A stretch of DNA of 36,397 bases from Octopus bimaculoides (lineage: Eukaryota), in contig NC_068991.1 of assembly GCF_001194135.2 (NCBI RefSeq), positions 45,449,810 through 45,486,206 on the forward strand, given 5' to 3'. The translations under genes and the position numbers were made by a program. Under the pieces are notes generated by a model. It was given only the letters and a program-made list of their open reading frames with translations, searched no databases and had not been told where the DNA came from. Position 1 is the first letter of the stretch, and every line of letters starts with the position of its first letter. Below are positions 1 through 11,489 of this stretch, piece after piece.

Positions 1-258
1 CTTGTAAGTGGATTTGGTAGACGGAAACTGAAAGAAGCCCGTCGTATATATGTATATATGTATGTGTTTGTCCCCCCCAACATCGCTTGACAACCGATGC
101 TGGTGTGTTTATGTCCCCGTAACTTAGCGGTTCGGCAAAAGAGACCGATAGAATAAGTACTAGGCTTCCAAAAATAAGTCCTGGGGTCGATTTGCTCGAC
201 TAAAGGCGGTGCTCCAGCATGGCCACAGTCAAAAGACTGAAACCAGTAAAAGAGTAAA
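1..258 (+). mobile_element. 3' part of an abundant tRNA-derived SINE (family A)
   Basis: The sequence recurs at about 3690-3905, 6690-6860, 10910-11070, 20300-20400, 29050-29535 and 35975-36110 (+), and at 8545-8710, 9225-9590 and 33180-33250 (-). It has an internal (TA/TG)n tract. Confidence 0.85.
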
Positions 259-259
259 A

Positions 260-1256
260 AAGACTAGTTCTGTAGTGTGTCAACAGATGGCAGCACATGG
301 TTGTGTGCACAGTGAGAACTAGCAGTGACATTGCTGTGTTTACTTTGCAAGTTGTGAAATTTGTGTTCTTGTGATTGCGATCACATGTATGCTGTAGTCT
401 GCGATTTTTGTCACGGGCAGGAAGCTGGGACAAAGAACCAATGTGAAGTTTTGTGTTAAATTTGAGAAGTCTGCTACAGAGATATTAAACCTGTTTTGGC
501 AAGATTAAGGCATTTCGAGTGCCGGTACCGCCTGACTGGCCTTCGTAGAATTTTCGAGCGAGATCATTGTCAGTGCCCCTGGACTGGCTCTTGTGCGGGT
601 GGCACATAAAATACACCATTTTGAGCGTGGCCGTTGCCAGTACCGCCTGACTGGCCTTCGTGCGGGTGACACGTAAAAGCAGCCACTACACTCTCTGAGT
701 GGTTGGCGTTAGGAAGGGCATCCAGCTGTAGAAACTCTGCCAAATCAGATTGGAGCCTGGTGTTGCCATCCGGTTTCACCAGTCCTCAGTCAAATTGTCC
801 AACCCGTGCTAGCATGGAAAGCAGACGTTAAACGATGATGATGATGATGATGATGGGCAGTTCAAAAGCAGAAGAACATCCCTAGAAGATCATGAGTTAT
901 CTGGAAGACCTGCTATGAGCATCAACTCCGGAAATGGGGAGAAAATTCATCAGCTTGTGCATGAGGATTTGTCAGAAGGCAATTACGTTTTGAAGCGTTT
1001 GAGGGAGGACATGTGGTAAAAGTGATCTGATCTGTGGAGTGCAAAGAATTAGAATTTTCATAACAACAATGCAACATCTCACTGAGCTCTTATCACTCGT
1101 GAGTTTCTTGCCCAAAGCAACATGGTATCGATTCCACACCTGCCCTACTTGCCAGATTTAAAACTTGTGGGCTTCCATCTCTTCCTCAAGATGAAAATAC
1201 AGCTCAAAGGTCACCGTTTTAACACCATTGTCAAGATCAAGAGCGAATTGGCACCC
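260..1256 (+). mobile_element. Decayed Tc1/mariner (mariner-type) transposon, internally deleted and split by a retro-insertion at about 512-855
   Basis: 413-510 reads GRKLGQRTNVKFCVKFEKSATE. 856-960 reads GQFKSRRTSLEDHELSGRP. 980-1254 reads VLKRLRED...FHNNNATSH*ALITREFLAQSNMVSIPHLPYLPDL...FLKMKIQLKGHRF, a YSPDL-like motif. Several stops are present. Confidence 0.9.
512..855 (+). mobile_element. (GAT)n-tailed retroposon (RTE 3'-end family), young copy
   Basis: Near-identical to 11490-11843, 14746-14912 and 16665-17023. The copies share the 3' end and (GAT)n tail and have variable 5' ends. Confidence 0.85.
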
Positions 1257-1801
1257 CATATGTAATATATGTAGATATATGTATAATGTGTGTGTGTGTG
1301 TGTATTTAATATACGTATATGTATGTGTGTGTATATTTGATATATGTATATATTTGTATGTGTGTGTGTGTGTATATATATATATGTATATATATAAATA
1401 TATAGTTTTAGGGAAAAGAACCAAGGTTTATGAACTCATCAATGAAAATCCAGTCACATATAGAAAAAATTTATAATTAAAAGCACAATAAATAAGTTTA
1501 ATATAATACAAGTAAATATCATAAGATCAAGATAATATATATATATATTATGTGTGTGTTTGTGTATGTGTGTATATATATATATATGTGTGTATGTTTG
1601 TGTATGTGTGTGTGTATATATATGTCATCATTTAACGTCCGTCTTCCATGCACACACACACACACACATATATATATAAACTTATCTTATTTTATTAATC
1701 ATTTGCAATAAATATTTAACTGAATATTAACCAAAACCTTCATGAATGAAAACAAAAGGAAAATATATTACTGTTAATCAATGTTTTGTTTTGTTCTTCA
1801 G

Positions 1802-1839
1802 ATTCTGGCAAACCTCTCTTTCCCAAAACCCCTTCAGAT
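1802..1839 (+). CDS. CLSPN: Claspin internal exon, (D)SGKPLFPKTPSD
   Basis: Strong acceptor ttttgttttgttcttcag and donor gtaagt at 1840. The 38-nt exon is open and ends in phase 0, matching the exon at 5202. Protein similarity alone is weak, so the call rests on splice signals and phase. Confidence 0.7.
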
Positions 1840-2802
1840 GTAAGTGATATTTATTTTTGATCTTGTTCTGTAGTGTGTGTGTGTACGTGTGTATATCTGG
1901 GTGTACGTTTCCCTTTCTCATGGTCTCATTTTCTCTCACACTATCTCTATATAATGTATATATATACATATATATATATATATANNNNNNNNNNNNNNNN
2001 NNNNNNNNNNNNNNNNNNNNNNNNNNNNNNNNNNNNNNNNNNNNNNNNNNNNNNNNNNNNNNNNNNNNNNNNNNNNNNNNNNNNNNNNNNNNNNNNNNNN
2101 NNNNNNNNNNNNNNNNNNNNNNNNNNNNNNNNNNNNNNNNNNNNNNNNNNNNNNNNNNNNNNNNNNNNNNNNNNNNNNNNNNNNNNNNNNNNNNNNNNNN
2201 NNNNNNNNNNNNNNNNNNNNGTGTATTTGTGTCAGGCACATATGTATGCACATGCTGATTATTAATGAAGTCATTTCCAGCCTTTGTACTGTTGGTGTTT
2301 AATGATCAAAGAGAAATATAACCTTAATTTGAAACAGATGAGGTTTGGCGACAGGTAGAATATTCAGCTGTAGAAAATTTGCTTCAATAAATATCATCTG
2401 ACCCATGCAAACATGTAAAAATGGATATTGAAACAATGATGAAGATTATCATTTCTCACTCCAACTCTCTCCATAAATCCAAAATTTTATTTTGGAATTT
2501 ACGGGAGCAACTGTCTTCAAAGACTCATATTGTCATTGAATGCTCGAAATGAGGAGTAGATAGACAGCTGACAACTGATGAAGGGTCGTTCTCTGTGTTA
2601 CTTGTCTTGTTTTCCATTTTTTTCTCTCGTTATTTGCGTATTTAACTTGTTTGTTTTTATACTTCATGTTGTTTAGACAGTCGGTGATGTCCTGTACCCA
2701 TATATGCACATATATATATATTATTTATATTATTATTTAATTGAATGCCACGCATCCATTTCCAATTGAGTTTATATATTTATAGATAGATAGATAGATA
2801 TA

Positions 2803-2975
2803 CGAGGTCTGAGCAATAAGTATCTGGACTGTTGCCATAGTAGTGAAGCTAAAGCACACAGAGTGAAGCTGCTTGGCATACATTGACCCTGACCTCTGCT
2901 GTGCATTTGCACTAAGTTTTAACATTCTGGCTCACTTCTGCTGTTTATTATGGCATCAGTCCAGATGAGACCATG
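2803..2975. mobile_element. Mariner-type MITE
   Basis: TA flanks at 2801-2802 and 2976-2977. The left TIR cgaggtctgagcaataagtatctggactg is partly mirrored on the right by cagtccagat-gagacc. Confidence 0.65.
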
Positions 2976-2981
2976 TACGTA

Positions 2982-3063
<82 letters not shown>

Positions 3064-3234
3064 TAAACACAACAGGAAATTGGAAATTTTTTGGTATTAT
3101 TTTTTTCACCTTTACATGTGTTTCATCTGCTAATAGAAATTACGTAGTTTTACATGTTAGATAGGCATGTAAGGAATTGCCTATTAGAAATTCTTCAGAC
3201 TGAGGAAACAGCTGGGATTTATCCGAACTACCTA

Positions 3235-3292
<58 letters not shown>

Positions 3293-4327
3293 GGACACCT
3301 GTCTTTTTTTGTTTTCTGTAACTTTGAACTCTATATACATATATATTTATGATCATTATTTTTATGTCAGCTTCTCCATGCTGGCATGAGTTGGATGAGG
3401 CTTATTGAGGCAGTAGTCTACAGCCTTCCTGTTACCAACTCTTGTTTTTCAAATATGGTATATTTATTCCTTTGGTCTCCACACTTTGAAATTGCTGAAC
3501 TATGAGACACATTATTCACAAGAATGTAATTAAACTTTGCAAGTTTGTTCAAAGCATATCAATGCAAAGACAAGTAAAAAGAAAAACACTTACATATACT
3601 TGATGAGCTTCCATACAGTTTCTATCTTCCAAATTTTACTCACGAGGCATTGAATAATAGGCAAGGGTTAGCAACATGTAAGGCATCTGGTTGTGAAACA
3701 GTTCTAGCATGTATGTCCTAACCACATGGTTCTAGGTTCAGTCCCCCTGTGTGGCATCTTGGGCAAGTGTCTTCTACTATAGCCTTGAGCTGACCTTGTG
3801 AGTGGATTTGGTAGACTGAAACTGAAAGAAACCTGTTGTGTGTTTGTGTTTGTCCATCACCACTGCTTGACAAACTGGTGCTGGCGTGATTGCATCCCCA
3901 TGACTTGATGTAATGGTAGAGTGAAGAATAAAGGAAAAGAGAGAGAATAGTGGATAGCCATACAGGGATTGTCTGGAGATGGAATTGGGGACAGTATCAG
4001 GGTGTGATTGAAGAAGAATATGATGTGAGTGAGTGGTTGTGTGTGGAGAATAAAGTGAGAGTGTGAAGGTAATGGATAACATTGAAGATGGGTGATGATG
4101 AGCGAGAGAGTGGTGGATAGTCATGGAAGTGAGTATTGTGTGATAGAGGAGGGAGTAATGAGAGAGCAAGAGAGTGTGATGATTAGCCATAAATTGAATA
4201 TGGACTGGTCCAATGTTATGTCTTCCCTCATTGCACAGATGGTGAGAAGGACGAAAATGTGTGATAGCAGGATGGTGCATTGGTAGGAGACAGAGAGAGT
4301 GACAAAGAGGATGGAAAAGGAGATGTA

Positions 4328-4625
4328 TCATTATCATTTGTCGTTGTTTAACGCCCACCTTCCATGCTGGCAGGAGCTGGTCAGGCAGAAGACTGCACCA
4401 GACTTCTGTGCCTGTTTTGGTACAGTTTTTACAGCTGGATGCCCTTCCTAACACCAACTATTCCACAGAATGGACCAGGTGCTTTTATGGGGCACCAGCA
4501 CAGGCAAAGTCAGTTTTGTCATGGTTTTTACAGCTGGATACCTTTCCAAATGCCAACCACTTTACTATGTGGACTGGATGCTTTTTACGTGGCACCAGCA
4601 CTGGCAGGGTCACCAAGCAACTTAC
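4328..4625 (-). mobile_element. Diverged antisense copy of the (GAT)n-tailed family
   Basis: tttaacgcccaccttccatgctggca and gctggatgcccttcctaacaccaac are reverse complements of the 512-855 family. Confidence 0.8.
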
Positions 4626-5201
4626 AAGACAAAGATCTTTTGAGAGAGAAGGGGCATTGGAGAAGGTGATCTTGTATCAGATGATGAAAGGTTAGAGTGT
4701 ATGTAGATACTTAATATGAACATAATAATTGGCTGAGGATCATATGTAGCTATTACACATCCCAATCACCATCACAGTCAACAATTTTATAGTCATTTTT
4801 CCATGCTTGTATAATTTGAGCAGGCCATTAATCACAGTCCTTTATCATCTCCTTTGTGACATTCAGCCTCATGGGGTCTGTTCTCTTCACTTTGCACCAT
4901 ATTCTTTGTCTCTCTCTTTAACAGTTTCCTTCCACTTTGAGTGCACGACACATGTTTGTGAATCTGGTTTCTACCTTAAACATCACATATGCATTTACCA
5001 GCATATGTATAAATCTAGGTTTATTAAATTTATACATTTAAATTTATTTAAAACTTATGATCCTGCCACATGCTGTCACAGTACTTCATGTGTGTGTTTG
5101 TGCTTGTACAATTGAATAAATAAATGAAAATAACTTACATAGATTCATATGAATTGTTAATTTTGAAAATGCATATTTTTCTTTCTGTTAATGAATGCTA
5201 G

Positions 5202-5347
5202 GTTTCATGCAAAAGTTTAAATATTTCGGCTGAAGAAACTCAGGATTTGTACAAGAGTTTTGGTGATTTCCAATCTCCAGAAATGAATTCAAACAGCTTG
5301 AAGTTTCCTATTGATTCCCAAGCATCACCTATGCTGGATGAGCAAGG
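5202..5347 (+). CDS. CLSPN: Claspin exon, VSCKSLNISAEETQDLYKSFGDFQSPEMNSNSLKFPIDSQASPMLDEQ(G)
   Basis: ag at 5200-5201, donor gttagt at 5348, open frame. TQDLY and DSQ..MLDEQG resemble vertebrate Claspin SQDLY and TQSQLLDADG. The phase-2 end joins 6384. Confidence 0.85.
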
Positions 5348-5419
5348 GTTAGTATTGAACTAGGATTGCAATTGTTTTTGTTTCATTAACAAAATTCTAA
5401 CTGGTTAACAACAGTTGTT

Positions 5420-6022
5420 TTACTAAATTCATCATTATTTTTTTAAACTAAATTAAAACAAAGCAGTGTATTTCAACAGATATATAATAACAAAAGGGTT
5501 AACCCTTTTTGATACCAACCTGAGACAGCTTTTGATTGTTTTAACCCTTTAGCATTCAAATTACTCTGTCAAATTTATTTGCAATGATTTGAATTAGTCC
5601 TGCATTACCTTGTAGCTTTGAGATTTCAATAACATGATTGTTTATTTTTAGAATGACATTGTAGGGTAAGTGTGAGAAGTCAGATCTGGCCACTTTAAAG
5701 ATTAAACAGATAGATTATTTTGGCCAGATATGGTTGGTTTAGATGCTAAAGGGTTAAAGAGATCTGAATTAAAACCTTCCATCAAAATTTCATGTTAACT
5801 TATTAGCATTCAAGTTATTCTGTCAAATGTAATGCTTATTAATTCACATTGTTTGGAATTAATAACGCATTATCTTGTAGTTTCAAGATTTCAATGATGT
5901 GGTATTTTAATTTTAAAATGACATTATAGAGTAGGCGTGAGGGGCTGGATCTGGCCAGTGTGATCATAAAGCAGGTAGAAAATTTTGACTGGATATGGTC
6001 AGTTTAAATGCTAAAGGCTTAA
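5420..6022. mobile_element. Cluster of tandem and nested piggyBac-type (TTAA) MITEs
   Basis: The inner element 5545-5753 has an 11-bp TIR (ccctttagcat/atgctaaaggg) and TTAA on both sides. It lies inside a second-family element starting ttaacccttttt-gatacc at 5499. A further copy of the inner family is at about 5800-6022. Confidence 0.8.
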
Positions 6023-6383
6023 TTTATGTTTAGCTTAATAACGACTATTATTTTACTGAATTCTTTATTACTTACAAAATTCACTGAAACAAAAGCAGCA
6101 TACTTCAACAGAACGAAGCTAACCAGAGAATCTCCATTCCTCTATAGAAGAACATTACAAAATACTGTTATTTTATTTGAAATTCTTCTACTGCCATCCT
6201 TCCAATCTCCTGGGCCAGAATATTTGTTGTGAAGTTCACTTTAAATTATTAGGAGTTTCTTCCTCTGCTCAGTAATGAATTGCAGTTTTAATGGTGCAAT
6301 GCTGTTGTGAGATTTCTAGCCATTGTCTCCTCTACGTTAAATTTTCTGCATTTCTAGTAAATGGACATATTTGAATATTTCAG

Positions 6384-6508
6384 ATTTCTGCGAGTTAAGT
6401 CTTTGGGTGCGACGACCCACAAGCCTAAGCGTTCAGCACTGGACTCATTGTGTGATACTCAGGACAATATGGATGATGTTATTGGATTATGCTCTGGACA
6501 GTTTGCAG
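6384..6508 (+). CDS. CLSPN: Claspin exon with Chk1-binding repeat, FLRVKSLGATTHKPKRSALDSLCDTQDNMDDVIGLCSGQFA
   Basis: tttcag acceptor and gtattt donor at 6509. MDDVIGLCSGQF matches the Claspin CKBD consensus (human MDELLDLCTGKF). Confidence 0.93.
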
Positions 6509-6849
6509 GTATTTATTTGGTTTTCTCATCTTTTATTTGTTATGTATGGCTCTGCAACAAGCATGTATACATGTGCAACACACACACACACACACACACG
6601 CTCACACACAAACACACCTGCGCTCACACATATTTATATTTATATCTATTTATATGCATACATTTATATACCTTGGAATAAGCACAGCCCTGTGGTTAAG
6701 AAGTCTGCTTCAGAACCCTGTGGTTTAGGGTTCATTCTCTGTGTGTGGATGGTGTTAGCTGGTGCCTTCTACTTCAGCTGTGGGTTGACCAATGATTTGT
6801 AACTGAAATTATCTGAGAAACTGGAACTGAAAGAAGCCTGCCATATATA

Positions 6850-6889
<40 letters not shown>

Positions 6890-7138
6890 AATGCTAATGT
6901 CAAACAGTGAGAATGAGTGCTCAACACTGCTTTGATGGGTAAATATTTCTTTATTTGTTGGTAAAGAAGGCTACCATTGGTTTCATGCTGAGAAGTCTCA
7001 GCAATTATCAAATTATCAAACCTGCCACACAGGACATTAAAAATGTATTGTTGATTTAAAATAGGTAAGTTTTATTGAAACTTATGTTTTTTTTTTTGAT
7101 AATTTCCCTTTACTTTTTCTTTTTGTTCTGAACCTTAG

Positions 7139-7143
7139 AAGCT
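7139..7143 (+). CDS. CLSPN: Probable start of a Claspin exon that continues into the assembly gap 7144-7851
   Basis: A long polypyrimidine tract (about 7085-7130) plus ttag at 7135-7138 sits immediately before the gap. A phase-1 to phase-2 exon is required between 6508 and 10705. Only 5 nt are visible. Confidence 0.5.
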
Positions 7144-7870
7144 NNNNNNNNNNNNNNNNNNNNNNNNNNNNNNNNNNNNNNNNNNNNNNNNNNNNNNNNN
7201 NNNNNNNNNNNNNNNNNNNNNNNNNNNNNNNNNNNNNNNNNNNNNNNNNNNNNNNNNNNNNNNNNNNNNNNNNNNNNNNNNNNNNNNNNNNNNNNNNNNN
7301 NNNNNNNNNNNNNNNNNNNNNNNNNNNNNNNNNNNNNNNNNNNNNNNNNNNNNNNNNNNNNNNNNNNNNNNNNNNNNNNNNNNNNNNNNNNNNNNNNNNN
7401 NNNNNNNNNNNNNNNNNNNNNNNNNNNNNNNNNNNNNNNNNNNNNNNNNNNNNNNNNNNNNNNNNNNNNNNNNNNNNNNNNNNNNNNNNNNNNNNNNNNN
7501 NNNNNNNNNNNNNNNNNNNNNNNNNNNNNNNNNNNNNNNNNNNNNNNNNNNNNNNNNNNNNNNNNNNNNNNNNNNNNNNNNNNNNNNNNNNNNNNNNNNN
7601 NNNNNNNNNNNNNNNNNNNNNNNNNNNNNNNNNNNNNNNNNNNNNNNNNNNNNNNNNNNNNNNNNNNNNNNNNNNNNNNNNNNNNNNNNNNNNNNNNNNN
7701 NNNNNNNNNNNNNNNNNNNNNNNNNNNNNNNNNNNNNNNNNNNNNNNNNNNNNNNNNNNNNNNNNNNNNNNNNNNNNNNNNNNNNNNNNNNNNNNNNNNN
7801 NNNNNNNNNNNNNNNNNNNNNNNNNNNNNNNNNNNNNNNNNNNNNNNNNNNTATATATATATATATATAT

Positions 7871-8540
7871 ATGAGAGAAGAGCTACCTTTGTTGGTAGCT
7901 AAGGGCCTCTCCTTCAGAGTGAAAAGCAGATTGTATGATGCCTGTGCATGTAAAGTTATGTTATATGGCAGTGAAACATGGGCTTTGACTACAGAGGACT
8001 TGCAAAGGCTTGAAAGAAATGAAGCTAGCATGTTCCGCTGGATGGGTGTTGTCATTGTGCATACACAACAGAGTATAAACAATTTAAGAAGAAAACTGGG
8101 TATAAGAGGCATCAGATGTTGTGTGCAAGAGAGAAGATTGTGCTTGTTTTTGGTCATGTGATGAGGACAGCTGTATAAAGAAGTGCTTGGTAGACTCAGG
8201 AAGGCATGGGACGAAGTGGTGAGAAAGGATTTTGGGACACTGGACCTCACTGAGGAAATGACAAGGGACTGGGTGATATGGCGATTTGTTGTACTTGATA
8301 AGACATGTCAAGCTAATTAAAGTCGCTGTTTTCCACACATACAGGCTTCTTTCAGGTGCCGGTGCCACGTAAAAAGCACCCAGCACACACTGTTAAGTGG
8401 TTAGCATTAGGAAGAGCATCCAGTCATAGAAACCATGCCACAATAGACAGTTGGAGTCTGAACAGCTCCCTGCTAGTCAGCTCCATATCAAACTGTCCAA
8501 CCCATTCCATCATGGAGACTGGATATTAAACGATGATGAT
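7871..8540 (+). mobile_element. RTE-clade LINE 3' fragment (end of ORF plus 3' UTR and (GAT)n tail)
   Basis: REELPLLVAKGLSFRVKSRLYDAC...MLYGSETWALTTEDLQRLERNEASMFRW...LRRKLGIRGIRCCVQERRL is the typical post-RT region of RTE LINEs. It is followed by the UTR shared with the 512-855 family. Confidence 0.88.
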
Positions 8541-9997
8541 ATTTATGTACCTGATGAGCTTCTTTCAATTTCTGTCTACCAAATCTACTCACAAGGCTTT
8601 GATTAGCTTGGGGCTATACTAGAAGACACTCGCCCAAGGTGCCATGCAGTGGGACTGTACCTGAAACCATGTGGTTGGGAAACGAACTTCTTACCATACA
8701 GCCATGCCTTCACCCATTAAAAACTGTATTGGATGATGCTAGTGGTTTCAGATCTGGTAGAATCTAGATGATTGATTTGAAACAAAACAATCACATGCTT
8801 AACCTCACACAGTAATGCTGCTTATTCATTATTACTTCCTTTCTGTATGTGTGTAAAAGAAATTATCAATTAGCATGGCTATTATTATGCTAATTGATAA
8901 TTTCTTTGACGGTAATATAACTCTGTTTGTTTATCACGTCCAGCATTCTGAATAGCTGTGGTTGGTCCATTGTTATTATTATTCTTTGGATTATGATTGT
9001 TACTATGACATTATTAAGAATTGTCATTGCTTTGCTGTGACTAGCTGAATTGTTACATTTATTTGGAATTCATTGCTGTCTATAATGCATTTCACTACAG
9101 TTTGTTGTCAATATTATATTTTTACACTGCATTCTGTTACACCTTATCTTTTATTTTTAATTGTGTTAATTTTCGAATGTAGAAGTGAATAAATGGCAAG
9201 AGAATTGTCGGCTGACATTTTTTTTTATCTTTTACTTGCTTCAGTCATTAAGCTGCGGCCATGCTGGGGCACTACCTTAAGGAATTTTTAGTCAGTACTT
9301 TTTTGTTAAATCCTGATACTTATTCTATTGGTCTCTTTTGCCGAACTGCTAAATTATGGGGACATAAACGCACCAACACCAACTGTCAAGCGGTGGTGGG
9401 TGACAAAAACATATACACACACACACACACACATGACAGGGTTCTTTCAGATTTCATCTACAAAATCCACTCACAAGGCTTTGATTGGGGCCTGAGGCTA
9501 TAGTAGATGACACTTGCCCAAGGTGCCCCGACGTGGGAGTGAACATGGAACCATATGGTTGGGAAGCAATCATCTTGCTGCACAGCCGTGCAGATCAATA
9601 TCTAAAAGTATATATTTCCTCTTCACAGCAGTTCATAACTGAGGAATAAATTTACACTTGCCAACATTTGAACAGTGCATTTCAAGCTCATGAAATAATT
9701 ATACTCTACATTTGTTACTATGGCAAGAAGCTTTCATGGAATATTTAAATTTCAATAATGGTTGATTGTATATGCTTCTCTTTTCCTCTAATACTGATAT
9801 TTGGTTCATGAGTCCAACACTCTAACCACTAAGTCACGTGCCTCCACATACCATTATAGGAAGAGACTTCACTGTGCACATTACATCTTCATCATCAACA
9901 TATTTGTCCCTCTTGGATGAGTGTTTTTGAAGTTTTGTTTTATGACCAGATGTTTTCTCTGACTCCAACCATTTTAGTTGCCTCTTATGATATATAT

Positions 9998-10310
9998 GAA
10001 GGTGCATAGCTCAGTGGTTAGAGTGTCGGACTCACAATCATGAGGTAGTGAGTTCAATTCTCAGCCGGAGTGTATGTTGTCTTCTTGAGCAAGACACTTT
10101 ATTTCATGTTATTCCAGTTTTGGTGCCAAGCTGTATCAACTTTTGCTTTTCCCTTGGACAACATTGGTGGCATGGAGAAGGGAGGCTGATATGCATGAGC
10201 GACTGCAGTTGATCTTCCATAAACAACCTTACTTGGACTTGTACCTCGGAGGGTAACTTTCTATGAGCAATCCCCTGGTCATTCATGACTGAAGGGGGTG
10301 CTTTACACTT
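9998..10310 (+). mobile_element. tRNA-headed SINE (family B)
   Basis: A-box tagctcagtggttag and B-box gagttcaattc. The body is shared with 23758-24092, with head fragments at 34795-34900 (+), about 9805-9845 (-) and about 12440-12540 (-). Confidence 0.85.
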
Positions 10311-10704
10311 TTTTATGAAATACATGGATATGGTGTACTTATTCTAAAAGCCAGGGTATGCCTGATACTCCTGGTGTAAAAATAACATAAATAACAAATG
10401 AGTTTATCTTGCCTCTTTATACTGTAGCTACCACAAGGATTTCTCAGTATTCAGAATCAGACTAAAAATCAAGTATGAATAGTTATTCTGCACTTTTCTT
10501 ATAAAACAATGCATGCTAGGGTGCATACTGTGGATTATTGCCTTGTCCCTCAACATGTCACCTCATTGTTGTAGCATTTCTGGATCTAATTTGGGGGTAA
10601 ACAATGGGTTTTTTAAAGTTTGCTAAGGTAAATGTAAGTGCCTTTGGTTTTTAATAGATGACATTTAATTATTATTCTTTTTGTATATTGGTTTTATTCT
10701 TCAG

Positions 10705-10840
10705 TGGAAAATTCTCCTGGAACAAGAAACCTGAAAATAAATATTTCAATTCTGGAGTCAGTGTGGATGGTGATGGTGAAGGCTTTGGAACCTTGAAGTT
10801 ATTGTCTGATGATGAAGATAGCAATCGTGGAAGTGGCAAG
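10705..10840 (+). CDS. CLSPN: Claspin exon, (S)GKFSWNKKPENKYFNSGVSVDGDGEGFGTLKLLSDDEDSNRGSGK
   Basis: ttcttcag acceptor and gtatgt donor at 10841. It begins with the GKF half of a CKBD repeat, and EGFGTLKLLSDDED resembles human EEFGDFRLVSND. The phase-0 end joins 14117. Confidence 0.88.
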
Positions 10841-11489
10841 GTATGTTAGGAAACCATTCATACTCTCTCTTTCTCTTGACTAACAAAATGTCTTTTATTT
10901 AGGCACAAACACACCAGTGTGGTTAAAAAGCTTGCTTTCCAATCACATGGTTTTGGGTTCAATCCTATTGCATTGCACTTTGCACAAGTCTCTTCTGTTA
11001 TACACCCAGGCCAACCAAAGCTTTGTGAATGGATTTGGCAGAAAGAAACTGAAAGAAGCCCATCATAGTCTGTGTATTTGTTCATTTTTCTGTATTGGAT
11101 CTTTTCTGTTGCTGGCTCAGATTTTGAAATTTTAGAATTGAAAATTTTCAAATTTGGTATATTTATTTAGTTTTTCATGTTGAATCCAATTTTGTTATTT
11201 GTTTATTCCAGAAAATGTTCAGAAAAATGTTACAAAAGTTTAAAGTTGGATAATTTTTATCCAATCAAATCTGTGTTAGGATTATGGTTATAGTTTGATT
11301 CATCATCGAAGAAAATAGCTAGGTTAAAAGAACCTACACATGGAGATAATGGTGGTTCTCATGTTACTATGCAAACAGGCACAAATATATCTGTGGCTTT
11401 TAATTGACTAAAATTACCCATAATTTGTTAACTTTAGAAATTATTGACTTTTTATTTTTTAATTTATGGCAAAAATGAATTTTATTTTC

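Noticed and set aside
570-779. Recurring ORF MKPDGNTRLQSDLAEFLQLDALPNANHSES (also at 14564 and 16635)
   Set aside because: This is an antisense translation of the (GAT)n-tailed repeat. The recurrence reflects repeat copies, not a gene family.
1778-2274. Long ORFs spanning N-runs or (TA)n/(TG)n tracts (also at 7135-8250, 14267-14616 and 28915-29630)
   Set aside because: They are artefacts of gaps and microsatellites.
7021-7070. Consensus donor ataggtaagt suggesting a coding exon ending at 7064
   Set aside because: All three frames contain stops within 15 nt upstream.
9998-10075. tRNA-like sequences (also at 23760, 31025 and 36115)
   Set aside because: They have A and B boxes but no complete cloverleaf or acceptor stem, and they continue into shared repeat bodies, so they are SINE heads rather than tRNA genes.
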